This document shows, piece by piece, positions 8,853 to 18,377 of a stretch of DNA of 64,000 nucleotides. The stretch comes from Terriglobia bacterium (GTDB lineage Bacteria; Acidobacteriota; Terriglobia; Terriglobales; SCQP01), in the NCBI GenBank assembly GCA_021323595.1, contig JAJPKR010000016.1, forward strand, positions 105,286-169,285, written 5' to 3'. Both the position numbers and the translations under genes were made by a program. Each line of letters begins with the position of its first letter. Position 1 is the stretch's first letter. Under the pieces are notes generated by a model. That model ran no database searches, was not told where the DNA came from, and saw nothing but the letters and a program-made list of their open reading frames with translations.

Positions 8853-11537
8853 GTGTCCGCTCGCCGCCTGCCTGCATGCCTGGCGTTTGCCGTCGTGACG
8901 TCTTCTTTTCTATTGCTGCCCGCCGCCGCCGACCCGCCCGCTGCGAAGCCCGCGGACCAGCCCGACTACGCGCTGGCCGCGCGGTTTTTGCCGGCGGAAA
9001 TGGGCAAGCTCGTTTTCGATACTTCCGTCGCTCCGCACTGGTTCGCCACCTCCGATAAGTTTTGGTTCAGCTTCGCCACCCCCTCCGGCACGAAGTACTA
9101 CCTGGTGGATCCGGCGCTGCGGTCGCGCCGTGCCCTCTGGGACAACGCCAAGCTGGCCGCCGAACTCTCCGTGCTGACCGGCTTCCCCTACGATGCCCAG
9201 CACCTGCCGGTCAAGAACATGACGCTCGTGGACCACGATGCCGCGCTGCGCTTCGAGGTGACAGTCCGCCGCGACGCCGTCCTTCCGGGCGAATCGCCCG
9301 CCGATCGCAGCCGCGCCCTCGCCTACGAACGCAAGCTCGACAAACTCTTCGCGCACGAGAATGCCGGCGCTTCTTCCGAGCCCGGCTCGGATGCCGGCAA
9401 GACCCGCACGCTCTATTTCCGCTACGACCTCGCCACCGGCCAACTCCGCCGTCTCGACGGCTATATTCCCGAGCCGCCGAAGCCGCTGTGGGCCTCGCTT
9501 TCGCCCGATCAGCGCACGGTGATCTTCGCACGCGGCAACAATCTGTACGAGATGGACGCCGCCAACTACGCCAAGGCGCTCGCCAATCCCGCCGATCCCT
9601 CGATCGCGGAGTCGCAGCTCACCACCGACGGGGTCGCCGGCTTCAGCTACGCCCGCGTGCTCGTGCCCGAAGTCGCCGAGGCGCTGGCCAAGGAAGACGG
9701 CGCCGACGCCCGCAATCCCGCCGGCATGCGCGCGCCAGCCGTGCCCGTTCATTGGTCGCAGGATTCGCAAAAGTTCGCCCTCGTCCGCGAAGACAACCGC
9801 AAAGTCGCCGATCTCTGGACCATCCATTCCCTCGCCAATCCGCGCCCGGTGCTCGAAACCTACAGCTACGCCATGCCCGGCGAGGCGAACGTCCCCATCC
9901 CCGACATCGAAATCTTCACCGCCGCCGGCGGCCGCCGCCTGGTGATTCCCGAGAAGAACCTGCCGCTCGTGGATCCGGTCCTCACCATCGCCGACGCGCC
10001 GCTCACCAATGCCGAGCGCGAGCAAGGCGAGCGCGACAGCCGCCTGCTGCGCCGCCTCGGGCTAGAGTCGGTTCCCTATCGCGAGCGGCCGGCGGCCCGC
10101 TGGCTTTCCGCCGACGACGCCAAGCTCTACTTCATGGATACCGACCGCACCTATCGTGAAATCGATCTTTGCGTCGCGGACACGAACACCGGCGCGGTCA
10201 CGACCTTGATTCGCGAGATCTCCAACTTCTTTCTCGATTCCCGCCCGCCGCGCTTGGTCAATCATGGGCAAGGAATCCTATGGTGGTCCGAGCGCGACGG
10301 CTGGGCTCACTATTACCTCTATAACGCCGCGGGCAAGCTCGTGAATCCCGTCACGAGCGGAACGTACATGTCCGATCAGGTCGTCGCCGAGGATGATGCC
10401 GCCCGCGTTTTGTATTTCACCGCCGAGGGCCGGGAGCCGGGCGAAGACCCCTATTACGTTCACCTCTATCGCGTGAACCTCGACGGTTCGGGCCTTAAGC
10501 TGCTCGATCCGGGCAATTTCTCCCATGCCATCGCCGCTCCCGACGACGGCAAATACTTCGTGGATACCTTCTCCCGCGTGAATACCGCGCCCCGCTCCGT
10601 GCTGCTGGACGATGCCGGCGCCCAGCTCGCCGATCTGGCTGCCGCCGATCTCTCGAACCTCATGGCCGCTGGCTACAAATTTCCCGAAACGTTCGAGGTC
10701 AAGGCCGCCGACGGCGTGACCGACCTCTACGGCGTGATGTACAAGCCGTTCGACTTCGATCCCGGCAGGAAGTACCCGCTGATCGAGTACGTTTACCCGG
10801 GTCCGCAGACCGAGAGCGTCACCAAGACGTTCACGCCCAAAGACCCGCAAATTCCCCTCGCGCAGCTCGGTTTCATCGTCATCGAGGTCGGCAATCGCGG
10901 CGGCAGCCCGCAGCGCGACAAGTGGTATGACACCTACGGCTACGGCAACCTGCGCGACTACGGCCTGGCGGACAAGAAGGTCGCGGCCGAGGAGCTAGCC
11001 GCCCGTTACCCGTTTATCGACCTCAGCCGGGTCGGCATCTGGGGCCATTCCGGCGGCGGCTTCATGACCGCCGCCGCGCTGCTGCAATACCCCGACTTCT
11101 TCAAGGCCGGATGGTCGGAATCGGGCAATCACGAAAACAACGTTTACAACAAATTCTGGAGCGAAAAAAACGACGGCGTGCGCGAAGAGGCGCGAAAGGA
11201 CGGCACCTACAAGTTCATCTACGACATCGAGAAGAACTCCGAACTGGCCAAGAACCTCAAAGGCCACCTGATGCTCACCACCGGCGACATGGATGACAAC
11301 GTCTCGATGGTCAACACCATGCGCCTGGCCAACGCGCTGATTCACGCCGACAAGCGCTTCGAGATGCTGGTCTTCCCGGGCATGCGCCATTCCTATCAGC
11401 CCATCGCGTCGTACGTGCTGCTGCGGCGCATGGATTTCTTCGCGCATTGGCTGCTCGGCTCGTCGGAAACCGGCGCCGATATTCTGGAGCTGCAGAATGA
11501 GAAGCAGGCGACGCCCAGCAAGCGCTTTCCCGAATAG
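8853..11537 (+). CDS. S9-family dipeptidyl peptidase IV-like serine peptidase, secreted
   Basis: A GTG start gives the signal peptide VSARRLPACLAFAVVTSSFLLLPAAA. It has a DPP-IV N-terminal propeller-like region and a C-terminal alpha/beta hydrolase with GIWGHSGGGF (GxSxGG nucleophile elbow) and GDMDDNV. The track ORF start at 7932 overlaps the ADH gene and is rejected. Confidence 0.9.
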   Translation: MSARRLPACLAFAVVTSSFLLLPAAADPPAAKPADQPDYALAARFLPAEMGKLVFDTSVAPHWFATSDKFWFSFATPSGTKYYLVDPALRSRRALWDNAKLAAELSVLTGFPYDAQHLPVKNMTLVDHDAALRFEVTVRRDAVLPGESPADRSRALAYERKLDKLFAHENAGASSEPGSDAGKTRTLYFRYDLATGQLRRLDGYIPEPPKPLWASLSPDQRTVIFARGNNLYEMDAANYAKALANPADPSIAESQLTTDGVAGFSYARVLVPEVAEALAKEDGADARNPAGMRAPAVPVHWSQDSQKFALVREDNRKVADLWTIHSLANPRPVLETYSYAMPGEANVPIPDIEIFTAAGGRRLVIPEKNLPLVDPVLTIADAPLTNAEREQGERDSRLLRRLGLESVPYRERPAARWLSADDAKLYFMDTDRTYREIDLCVADTNTGAVTTLIREISNFFLDSRPPRLVNHGQGILWWSERDGWAHYYLYNAAGKLVNPVTSGTYMSDQVVAEDDAARVLYFTAEGREPGEDPYYVHLYRVNLDGSGLKLLDPGNFSHAIAAPDDGKYFVDTFSRVNTAPRSVLLDDAGAQLADLAAADLSNLMAAGYKFPETFEVKAADGVTDLYGVMYKPFDFDPGRKYPLIEYVYPGPQTESVTKTFTPKDPQIPLAQLGFIVIEVGNRGGSPQRDKWYDTYGYGNLRDYGLADKKVAAEELAARYPFIDLSRVGIWGHSGGGFMTAAALLQYPDFFKAGWSESGNHENNVYNKFWSEKNDGVREEARKDGTYKFIYDIEKNSELAKNLKGHLMLTTGDMDDNVSMVNTMRLANALIHADKRFEMLVFPGMRHSYQPIASYVLLRRMDFFAHWLLGSSETGADILELQNEKQATPSKRFPE

Positions 11538-11543
11538 CCCGCG

Positions 11544-12338
11544 CTAGACGATCAACTGTGCGCGCATGACCGTGACCGCCTGTCCGGCCAGCATCACGCG
11601 CGCCCCGCGCGCCGCGACGCGCACGATGCCGCCGCGCGCGGAAGCCTGATAGCCGGTCAGCTCCTCGCGCTCCAGTTTGGCCGCCCAATATGGCGCCAGC
11701 GCGGTGTGCGCGGAGCCCGTCACCGGATCCTCATCCACGCCCGCGCCCGGCGCGAAGAAGCGCGAAACGAAATCGAATCGCGGCTCCGCCGCGCGCGCCG
11801 TCACGATCACGCCGCGCACCGGCAGCCGCCGCAATCGCGAATGGTCGGGGACCAGCCGCCGCAGCGTCTCCTCCGACTCGACCTCGACCAGGTAGTCGAA
11901 CACGTTCTTCCCCACGAACATCGCGGCCGGAAGTCCCAGCGCCTCCAGCAGCTCGGGCGGCGCGGCGGCGGGCTCGACTGGTTTCGCGGGAAAGTCCATC
12001 TCGATCCAATCGTCCCGCCGCGCCGCGGTCAGCTCGCCGCTTTGCGTCAGAAAGCGCGCCATTCGCTCCGGCGGCAGGCGGCCGTCTTCCCACAGCACGT
12101 GCGCCGAGGCCAGCGTCGCATGCCCACACAAGGCCACCTCCACCGCCGGCGTGAACCAGCGCAGCCGGTAGCCGCCGTCCTCGGGATGCAGAAACGCCGT
12201 TTCCGACAAGTTCATTTCGCGCGCCACCGCCTGCATCCAGCGCTCCTCGGCCGCCCGTTCCAGCACGCAGACCGCGGCCGGATTGCCGGCGAAGGGCTGC
12301 GCCGTGAACGCATCCACCTGCACGATCGAATACGCCAT
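11544..12338 (-). CDS. PhzF-family isomerase
   Basis: MAYSIVQVDAFTAQPFAGNPAAVCVL..., ETAFL and CGHATLA are characteristic of the PhzF/YddE family. Confidence 0.9.
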   Translation of the reverse strand: MAYSIVQVDAFTAQPFAGNPAAVCVLERAAEERWMQAVAREMNLSETAFLHPEDGGYRLRWFTPAVEVALCGHATLASAHVLWEDGRLPPERMARFLTQSGELTAARRDDWIEMDFPAKPVEPAAAPPELLEALGLPAAMFVGKNVFDYLVEVESEETLRRLVPDHSRLRRLPVRGVIVTARAAEPRFDFVSRFFAPGAGVDEDPVTGSAHTALAPYWAAKLEREELTGYQASARGGIVRVAARGARVMLAGQAVTVMRAQLIV

Positions 12339-12366
12339 GCCTCCAGCTTACTCATACACTGACGCC

Positions 12367-12651
12367 ATGGCGCTCGCGCCCTTCTCCATTCCCTCGTTTG
12401 AACCCAAGCTCGCCGGCCTGCGCGCGCGTCTGCGCCAAACCCGCTGGCCGCATGAGCCGGCCGGAGCCGCTTGGGACTACGGCTTTGACGGCGCGGCGCG
12501 GCGCGCGCTGTGCGCGTACCGGCGCAACCGATTCGACTGGGCCGCCCAGGCCGCGCGCATGGCGGCCTTCCCCACTGCCGCGTTCCCCAAGCCCAGGCGC
12601 TCCGCTTACGGCCCGCCTTCGCCGCGCGGGGCCAAGATCCCGACCCGGTGA
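12367..12651 (+). pseudogene. remnant of an epoxide hydrolase gene (N-terminal EHN domain only)
   Basis: MALAPFSIPSFEPKLAGLRARLRQTRWPHEP...WDYGFDGAARRALCAYRRNRFDWAAQAARMAAFP resembles the epoxide hydrolase N-terminal domain. The ORF stops about 95 codons in, with no alpha/beta-hydrolase core, and its 3' end overlaps the convergent murJ. Confidence 0.5.
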
Positions 12652-14249
12652 AACACCCGCCGCGCCAGCCGCCAGCTCTCGTCTATCAATTCCTGCAGGC
12701 CCAAAAGCCGTGCCAGCCCATAGACCACCGCCAGCCATAGCAGCGACGCCCCGAGCAACAAGCCGAGTTCGCGCAGGCCGTGATAGGTCGCGCCCTCCAG
12801 CCTCAGCGTAAATTCGAAGACCACCCCGCCCGCGATCGCGGCCACCGCCACGACCCGCGGGACGAGCCGCCAGCGGCTCCAGGCCGCGCCCAGCCAGTTG
12901 CGCCGGTGCAACAAGTACACGAGCACCAGCACATTCACCGTGATGCCGATGTCGCTGGCCAGCGCCAGCCCCGGCACTTGCAGCCGATGCGCCAGAAAGA
13001 TGTAGAGCGGAATCATCGCCGCGGTCACGATCGTGCCCGCCAGCATCGGCGTCAAGGTGTTGCCGGCGGCATAAAATGCCCGCGAATAGATGGTCTGCGC
13101 CGCCCAGAACGCCAGCGAAAGGACGAAGATGGTCAGGTAGAGCGCGGTCGAGTGCGCGTTGCCGTCGTGAAATTTGCCGCGCTCATAGACGACGCGGGTG
13201 ATCGGCAGCGCCAGCCCCGCCAGATAACTGGTGGCCAGCACCGCTCCGGTTACGGTCCGCACCACCGATTTGTCGAGCGTCTCCCGCAGTTGCTCCCACT
13301 TGCCTTGCGCCGCCAGGGAGGCGAAAAACGGCATCGTCGCCTGGCCCACCGCCTGCCCCAGCACCGCCATCGGCACCCGCATCAACTGCTTGGCGTAGGT
13401 CAGCTCCGTGATCGCGCCGAAAAAGGCCGCTCCCAGCGGGCGGATGATCCAGTCGTCGGCGCTGACCAGCGTCACTCCCGCCATCAGCGGCAGCGTCAGC
13501 TTCAGCCAGCGGAGAAACGTGGGATCGCGAAATGCCATGGTCGGCCGGTACCGCAGCCCGCGTTTGCGCGCGCCCAGCAGCGGAAACAAGAATGGCCCCA
13601 GGAACGCGCCGGCCAGCGCGCCGACGGCCAAGCTCTCGATGCCCAGCCAACGGTGCAAAAACACGCCGCCGGCAATGATGCTGGAGCTATAGAAAAGCGG
13701 CGCCAGCGCCGGCAGCCAGAACACGCCGCGCGTATAGAGCGTCGAGCAGATCAGGCCGCCGACTCCGAAGCAAAGCTGCGCCGGCAGCAAAATGCGTGTC
13801 ATGCGCGCGCACTCGGCCAGTTGCTCGGGCCGGAAACTGGGCACGTACAGCCGCAGCAATTGCGGCGTGAAGATCTCGGCGATCACCACCCCGATGCCCA
13901 AGGCCAAAATCATGAACGTGGTCACGATGGAGAAGACGCGATAGCCCTCCTCCTCGCGCCGCTCCGCCACGTACGGGCTGAAGATCGTAATGAAAGTGAT
14001 CGAGAGCGCGCCGCCGGCCACCAGGTAATTCAGCCAGTCGGGGATCGTAAAGGCGACGTTATAGGCGTCGGTGTGGCCGCTGGCGCCGAAGGCGTAGGCG
14101 ATATAGGCCTCGCGCAAGTAGCCGATGGCGCGCGAGGCGAACACCGCGGCCATCATCAGCGCCGCCGCGCCGCCCAACCGGCGCAACTCCATGCCGGCGG
14201 GGCCGTCGCCGCCCGCGGGGGAAGTCACTGCCTCCGATCCCTCAAGCAT
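12606..14249 (-). CDS. murJ: lipid II flippase MurJ (MviN family)
   Basis: Polytopic membrane protein. The N-terminus FASRAIGYLREAYIAYAFGA..TDAYNVAFTIP is typical MurJ. An alternative start exists at ATG 14192. Confidence 0.9.
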   Translation of the reverse strand: MLEGSEAVTSPAGGDGPAGMELRRLGGAAALMMAAVFASRAIGYLREAYIAYAFGASGHTDAYNVAFTIPDWLNYLVAGGALSITFITIFSPYVAERREEEGYRVFSIVTTFMILALGIGVVIAEIFTPQLLRLYVPSFRPEQLAECARMTRILLPAQLCFGVGGLICSTLYTRGVFWLPALAPLFYSSSIIAGGVFLHRWLGIESLAVGALAGAFLGPFLFPLLGARKRGLRYRPTMAFRDPTFLRWLKLTLPLMAGVTLVSADDWIIRPLGAAFFGAITELTYAKQLMRVPMAVLGQAVGQATMPFFASLAAQGKWEQLRETLDKSVVRTVTGAVLATSYLAGLALPITRVVYERGKFHDGNAHSTALYLTIFVLSLAFWAAQTIYSRAFYAAGNTLTPMLAGTIVTAAMIPLYIFLAHRLQVPGLALASDIGITVNVLVLVYLLHRRNWLGAAWSRWRLVPRVVAVAAIAGGVVFEFTLRLEGATYHGLRELGLLLGASLLWLAVVYGLARLLGLQELIDESWRLARRVFHRVGILAPRGEGGP

Positions 14250-14351
14250 GGACCTTCGATTCTAACGGTTGCGCTTCGCCCTCCGGAGCGCGGCGCGCCG
14301 CGGCGGGGGGCCGGCGCGCGGGAACTCCGTTCCGGGGCCGGGGCGCAAACC

Positions 14352-15710
14352 CTATCGCCTCTCCGCCGGCGGCAGCGCCAGGGCCAGCAACTCGACGACG
14401 TGCAGCACGCGCTGGCCGGTGCGCCGCTGGCGCGCGCCGGCGCGAAGCTGCAGCATGCAGCCGGGATTGGCGGTCACGATCCATTCCGCGCCGGTCGCGG
14501 CGATGGTATCCATTTTTTCCTGGAGCAGCCGCCCGGCGATTTCGGGATGCACGACGTTATAGATCCCCGCGCTGCCGCAGCAGGCGTCCGCCCGCGCCAT
14601 CTCCATCAGCCGCAGCTCCGGCACCCGCCCCAACAGCCGCCGTGGCGCGAGGCGAATCTTCTGGCCATGCGCCAGATGGCACGGGTCTTGATAGGTCACG
14701 ATGCGCGGCACCGGCCGCAGCACGCCGTCGGGCATGCCCAGTTCGTCCAGGAACTCCGTCACGTCCCGCACTTTGGCGGCGAACTCGCGCGCGCGCTGCC
14801 GCCGTTCATCGCCCGCGAACAAGTCCGCGTATTCCTTCATCACCGCGCCGCAGCCGGCGCTGTTGCTGATGACCGCGTCGTAGCCGGCCAGGGGAAAGTT
14901 GGCGGCCGCGAGCGCGCGCGCCTGATCGCGCCGCCCCGCATGAACGTGCAGCGCGCCGCAGCAGCCTTGGTCGGCCGGCACCGCCACTTCGCAGCCGCAG
15001 TATTGCAGCACGCGGATCGTCGCCCGGTTCATCTCCGCGAACGCCACGCGCTGGATACAGCCCGCCAGCAGCGCCACTCGCGCCCGCGGCGCGCCCGGCC
15101 GGGGCTGCCCGTCCGCGGCCAGCGCCGGAAAGGTCCGGCCCATCTCGGCGACAAAGGGCGCGCGATCGATCTCCGGCGCCAGCGCCTCGAGCCCCGCCAG
15201 CCGCAGCAGCCGCAGCACCCCGCTCGCGCGCGCCAGCGCCCGCAATCCGCTGTGTTGGTAGAAGCCGAGCAGCGCCGCCTGCCGCCGCATCGCCGCCGGG
15301 CTGGTCAACACGCGGTCGAAGAAGTAAGCCCGCAGCCGCCGCGCCACCCCGCTCCGCCGCGCCAGCTCCGGATGCCGCTCCAGCTCCCCCCGCGCCCGCT
15401 CCAAGATCTTGCCGTACTCGACGCCCGAGGGGCAGGCCGTTTCGCAGGCGCGGCAATCGAGGCAGCGGTCGAGATGGGTGAAAAGCTGCCGGTCGAGCGG
15501 CAGCCGCCCGGCGTCGGCCTGCGCCACCTGGTAGATCCGGCCGCGCGGCGAATCCATCTCCTCGCCCAGCACGCGGAATGTCGGGCAGGCGTTCAGGCAC
15601 AAGCCGCAGTGCGTGCAGCGGGAATAGTCTTCCCAACGCGGAGGCTCGGGCCCGGTGAAGACCGAACTCGCGGCGCCCGAGGCCGCCTTGGTGTCCGCCG
15701 TCGCGCTCAT
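14352..15710 (-). CDS. glcF: glycolate oxidase iron-sulfur subunit
   Basis: Two ferredoxin-type clusters (CTHCGLCLNACP, CLDCRACETACP) and CCG domains (CCGSAG). Start at MSATAD inside track ORF 14352..16766. The start overlaps the glcE stop. Confidence 0.9.
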   Translation of the reverse strand: MSATADTKAASGAASSVFTGPEPPRWEDYSRCTHCGLCLNACPTFRVLGEEMDSPRGRIYQVAQADAGRLPLDRQLFTHLDRCLDCRACETACPSGVEYGKILERARGELERHPELARRSGVARRLRAYFFDRVLTSPAAMRRQAALLGFYQHSGLRALARASGVLRLLRLAGLEALAPEIDRAPFVAEMGRTFPALAADGQPRPGAPRARVALLAGCIQRVAFAEMNRATIRVLQYCGCEVAVPADQGCCGALHVHAGRRDQARALAAANFPLAGYDAVISNSAGCGAVMKEYADLFAGDERRQRAREFAAKVRDVTEFLDELGMPDGVLRPVPRIVTYQDPCHLAHGQKIRLAPRRLLGRVPELRLMEMARADACCGSAGIYNVVHPEIAGRLLQEKMDTIAATGAEWIVTANPGCMLQLRAGARQRRTGQRVLHVVELLALALPPAERR

Positions 15711-16891
15711 GCTCCCACCGCCGCGCGCAATTTCCGCATCAGCGCCAGGTCCGCTCCGGATCCATCCAGCACCGTTTCGATCGGCTCGTCGTCCCGCATC
15801 AGGCGCGCCTCCGGGTGGACGCGGCGCGCCGCCTCGCGCCAGTCCAAGGCGGGGCGGCCCTCGAGCTCCGGCGCCAGCTCCAGCTCGAACACGCCCAAAC
15901 CGAGCCGGCCGCGCCAGCGCAGCGCTCGGCCCTGCGCGGCGGCGAACCCCTCCAGCGCCCGCAGCGCCGCCACCCCGCGGCCCGCCGGCGCGACCAGACG
16001 CCAGCGCTGCGCGCCGCTGGCCGCAGCGCCGTACTCGCGCCAAAATGCGCCCTCGTCGGCCACGGCTTCGGCCTCGCTTCCCGCGTGCCGGCTCAGCGCG
16101 GCCAACTCGCGGCGCCAGCGCGCGCGGGCGCCCGCGCCGCCGCCGAATCGCAAATACGCTCGGAGCGGCGGGCCGCACAGCTCCAGCGCCAGCGGCCGGC
16201 CGGGATGCCGCAACAGCGCGCCCCGCAGCGCCTCCGCCTGCTCCCAGCCCGCCAGCCCCCAGCCCCAGGTTTCGGTCTCCGCCGGCCGTGGAAACACCTT
16301 GAAGTTCGCGGCGGTGATCACTCCCAGCGTGCCCTGCGCGCCGATCATCAGCCGCATCAGATCGTAGCCCGCCACGTTCTTGACGACCCGTCCGCCGCCA
16401 TGCGTCAGCTTGCCGGCCGCGGTCACGAACTCGATGCCGATGGTGAAATCTCGCACCGTGCCGTAATAATGCCGCAGCGGACCGGAGCGGTGCGCCGCCA
16501 GGATCGCGCCGAGCCGCGCCGCGTCGCCGCCCGCCACATCCAGCGGCAGGCACTGCTGCGCGCGCGCCAGCTCGGCGGCGATGGCGCCGGCGGTCAAGCC
16601 GGCTTCTAAGCCGATGGTCAAATCCTGCGGCTCGTAAAAGCGCACCCGCGCCAGCCGCGCCAGATCCAGGCGCACGGCGCCGCTCAGCGTTCGCTCGCTG
16701 CCCATCGCCAGCGCGATCGTCGCGCCGTGGCCGACGGCCAGCGGCAGCCGCGCCGCGCGCGCCCACGCCACCAGCGCCGCGGTCTGCTCCGCATCGGCGG
16801 GCAGCGCGCGGCAGGCCGCGCCCGCGCCCTCCCCGACGCCGCCCTTGCCCAGCAGCGCCTCGACGCCGGCGGCGATGGCATCCTGCGTCAT
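15707..16891 (-). CDS. glcE: glycolate oxidase FAD-binding subunit
   Basis: FAD-binding PCMH-type domain (KNVAGYDLMRLMIGAQGTLGVIT). It sits between glcD and glcF with 4-nt overlaps. Start at MTQDAIAAG. Confidence 0.85.
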   Translation of the reverse strand: MTQDAIAAGVEALLGKGGVGEGAGAACRALPADAEQTAALVAWARAARLPLAVGHGATIALAMGSERTLSGAVRLDLARLARVRFYEPQDLTIGLEAGLTAGAIAAELARAQQCLPLDVAGGDAARLGAILAAHRSGPLRHYYGTVRDFTIGIEFVTAAGKLTHGGGRVVKNVAGYDLMRLMIGAQGTLGVITAANFKVFPRPAETETWGWGLAGWEQAEALRGALLRHPGRPLALELCGPPLRAYLRFGGGAGARARWRRELAALSRHAGSEAEAVADEGAFWREYGAAASGAQRWRLVAPAGRGVAALRALEGFAAAQGRALRWRGRLGLGVFELELAPELEGRPALDWREAARRVHPEARLMRDDEPIETVLDGSGADLALMRKLRAAVGA

Positions 16892-18327
16892 AGGCGCGCG
16901 GCCGCGCCCGCGGGCGCGGCCGCCAGCGCGGTCTCGCGGCAACTGCGATAGGTCGGCAGCAGCTTGCCTGGATTCAGCTTTCCTTCGGGATTGAAGACCT
17001 GCTTCACCGCGCGCATGAAATCCAAGTCCGCTTCGCTGAAGATCAGCGGCATCAAGCCGTCCTTCTCCATGCCCACGCCGTGCTCGCCGGTGATCGAGCC
17101 GCCCATCTCCACGCACAATCGGATGATGTCTTCGCTCGCCGCCCGCGCCGCCTCGAACTGCCCCGGCACGCGCTGGTCGAAAAAGACCAAGGGATGCAAA
17201 TTGCCGTCGCCGGCATGGAAGATGTTGCCGATGCGCAGGCCGCTGGCCGCGCTGATGCGCTCGATGCCCGCCAGCACGGCGCCAATCTTGGTGCGCGGAA
17301 TGACGCCGTCCATGACGTAGAAATTCGAGCTGAGCCGGCCCATGGCGCCGAACGCGTGCTTGCGCCCCAGCCAAAGCTTGGCGCGCTCGGCTTCGTCGCG
17401 CGCCCGCCGCGTCTCCCGCGCGCCCGCGCGCGCGCACACCTGCTCGATGGCGGCGGCTTGTTCCTCGACTTCCTCTTCGAGGCCTTCCACCTCGATCAGC
17501 AGCACCGCGGCCGAATCCAGCGGGTACCCGGCGTGGATATACGCCTCCACCGCGCGCAACGAAAAGCCGTCGAACATCTCCAGCGCGGCGGGAACGATGC
17601 CTTCGGCGGTGATCGCGCTGACCGTGGCGGCGGCCTGTTCGGCGGCGTCGTAGATGGCCAGCAGCGTGCGCGCCGCCTCCGGCCGGCGCGTCAGCTTCAC
17701 CGTGATCTCGGTGACGATGGCCAGCGTCCCCTCCGAGCCGACGAGCGGGCCGACGAGATCGTAGCCCTGGCACTCCGCCGTCTTGCCCCCCAGCCGCGCC
17801 ACGGCCCCATCCGCCAGCACGATCTCGAGCCCCGTCACATGATTCACGGTCACGCCGTAGGCCAGCGTGTGCGGGCCGCCGCTGTTCTCCGCGACGTTGC
17901 CGCCGATGGTGCAGGCCTTTTGGCTCGAGGGATCCGGAACGAAATAGAAGCCGGTAGGCGCGATCTGGTCGGAAAACTCCAGGTTGACGACGCCGGGCTC
18001 GACCCGCGCGCGCAGATTCTCGACGTCCACTTCCACGATGCGCCGCATGCGATTGAGCGACAGGATGACACCGCCCTCGCGCGCCACCGCCCCGCCGCTC
18101 AGCCCCGTGCCGGCGCCGCGGGGGATCAGCGGCGCGCCCGCCTGGTGCGCCAGCTTGACGGCGGCGATCACGTCTTCGCGCGTTTGCGGAAACACGACCA
18201 GGTCGGGCGTGGCGCGGTCCACGCCGCCGTCGTATTCATAGAGCATGCGCCCGACCGGATCGCCGATGACGCCGGCCCGGCCAAAACGGGCTTCGAGCTT
18301 GCGCCGTAGCTGGTCGTAGGCGCCCAT
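16888..18327 (-). CDS. glcD: glycolate oxidase subunit GlcD (FAD-linked oxidase)
   Basis: PRGAGTGLSGGAV, GSEGTLAIVTE and C-terminal GSITGEHGVGMEK motifs. Start at MGAYDQL. The upstream 150 codons of the track ORF are Arg-rich and not protein-like. Confidence 0.9.
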   Translation of the reverse strand: MGAYDQLRRKLEARFGRAGVIGDPVGRMLYEYDGGVDRATPDLVVFPQTREDVIAAVKLAHQAGAPLIPRGAGTGLSGGAVAREGGVILSLNRMRRIVEVDVENLRARVEPGVVNLEFSDQIAPTGFYFVPDPSSQKACTIGGNVAENSGGPHTLAYGVTVNHVTGLEIVLADGAVARLGGKTAECQGYDLVGPLVGSEGTLAIVTEITVKLTRRPEAARTLLAIYDAAEQAAATVSAITAEGIVPAALEMFDGFSLRAVEAYIHAGYPLDSAAVLLIEVEGLEEEVEEQAAAIEQVCARAGARETRRARDEAERAKLWLGRKHAFGAMGRLSSNFYVMDGVIPRTKIGAVLAGIERISAASGLRIGNIFHAGDGNLHPLVFFDQRVPGQFEAARAASEDIIRLCVEMGGSITGEHGVGMEKDGLMPLIFSEADLDFMRAVKQVFNPEGKLNPGKLLPTYRSCRETALAAAPAGAAARL

Positions 18328-18377
18328 GTCCCTGCTCCGAGTGTAGCCGCTCCGCCGTCCGGCGGTGAGCGCCCTCG

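Noticed and set aside
12780-16367. 1195-aa plus-strand ORF.
   Set aside because: It is antisense to murJ, glcF and glcE. The composition is Arg/Gln/Pro-rich and no domain is recognisable.
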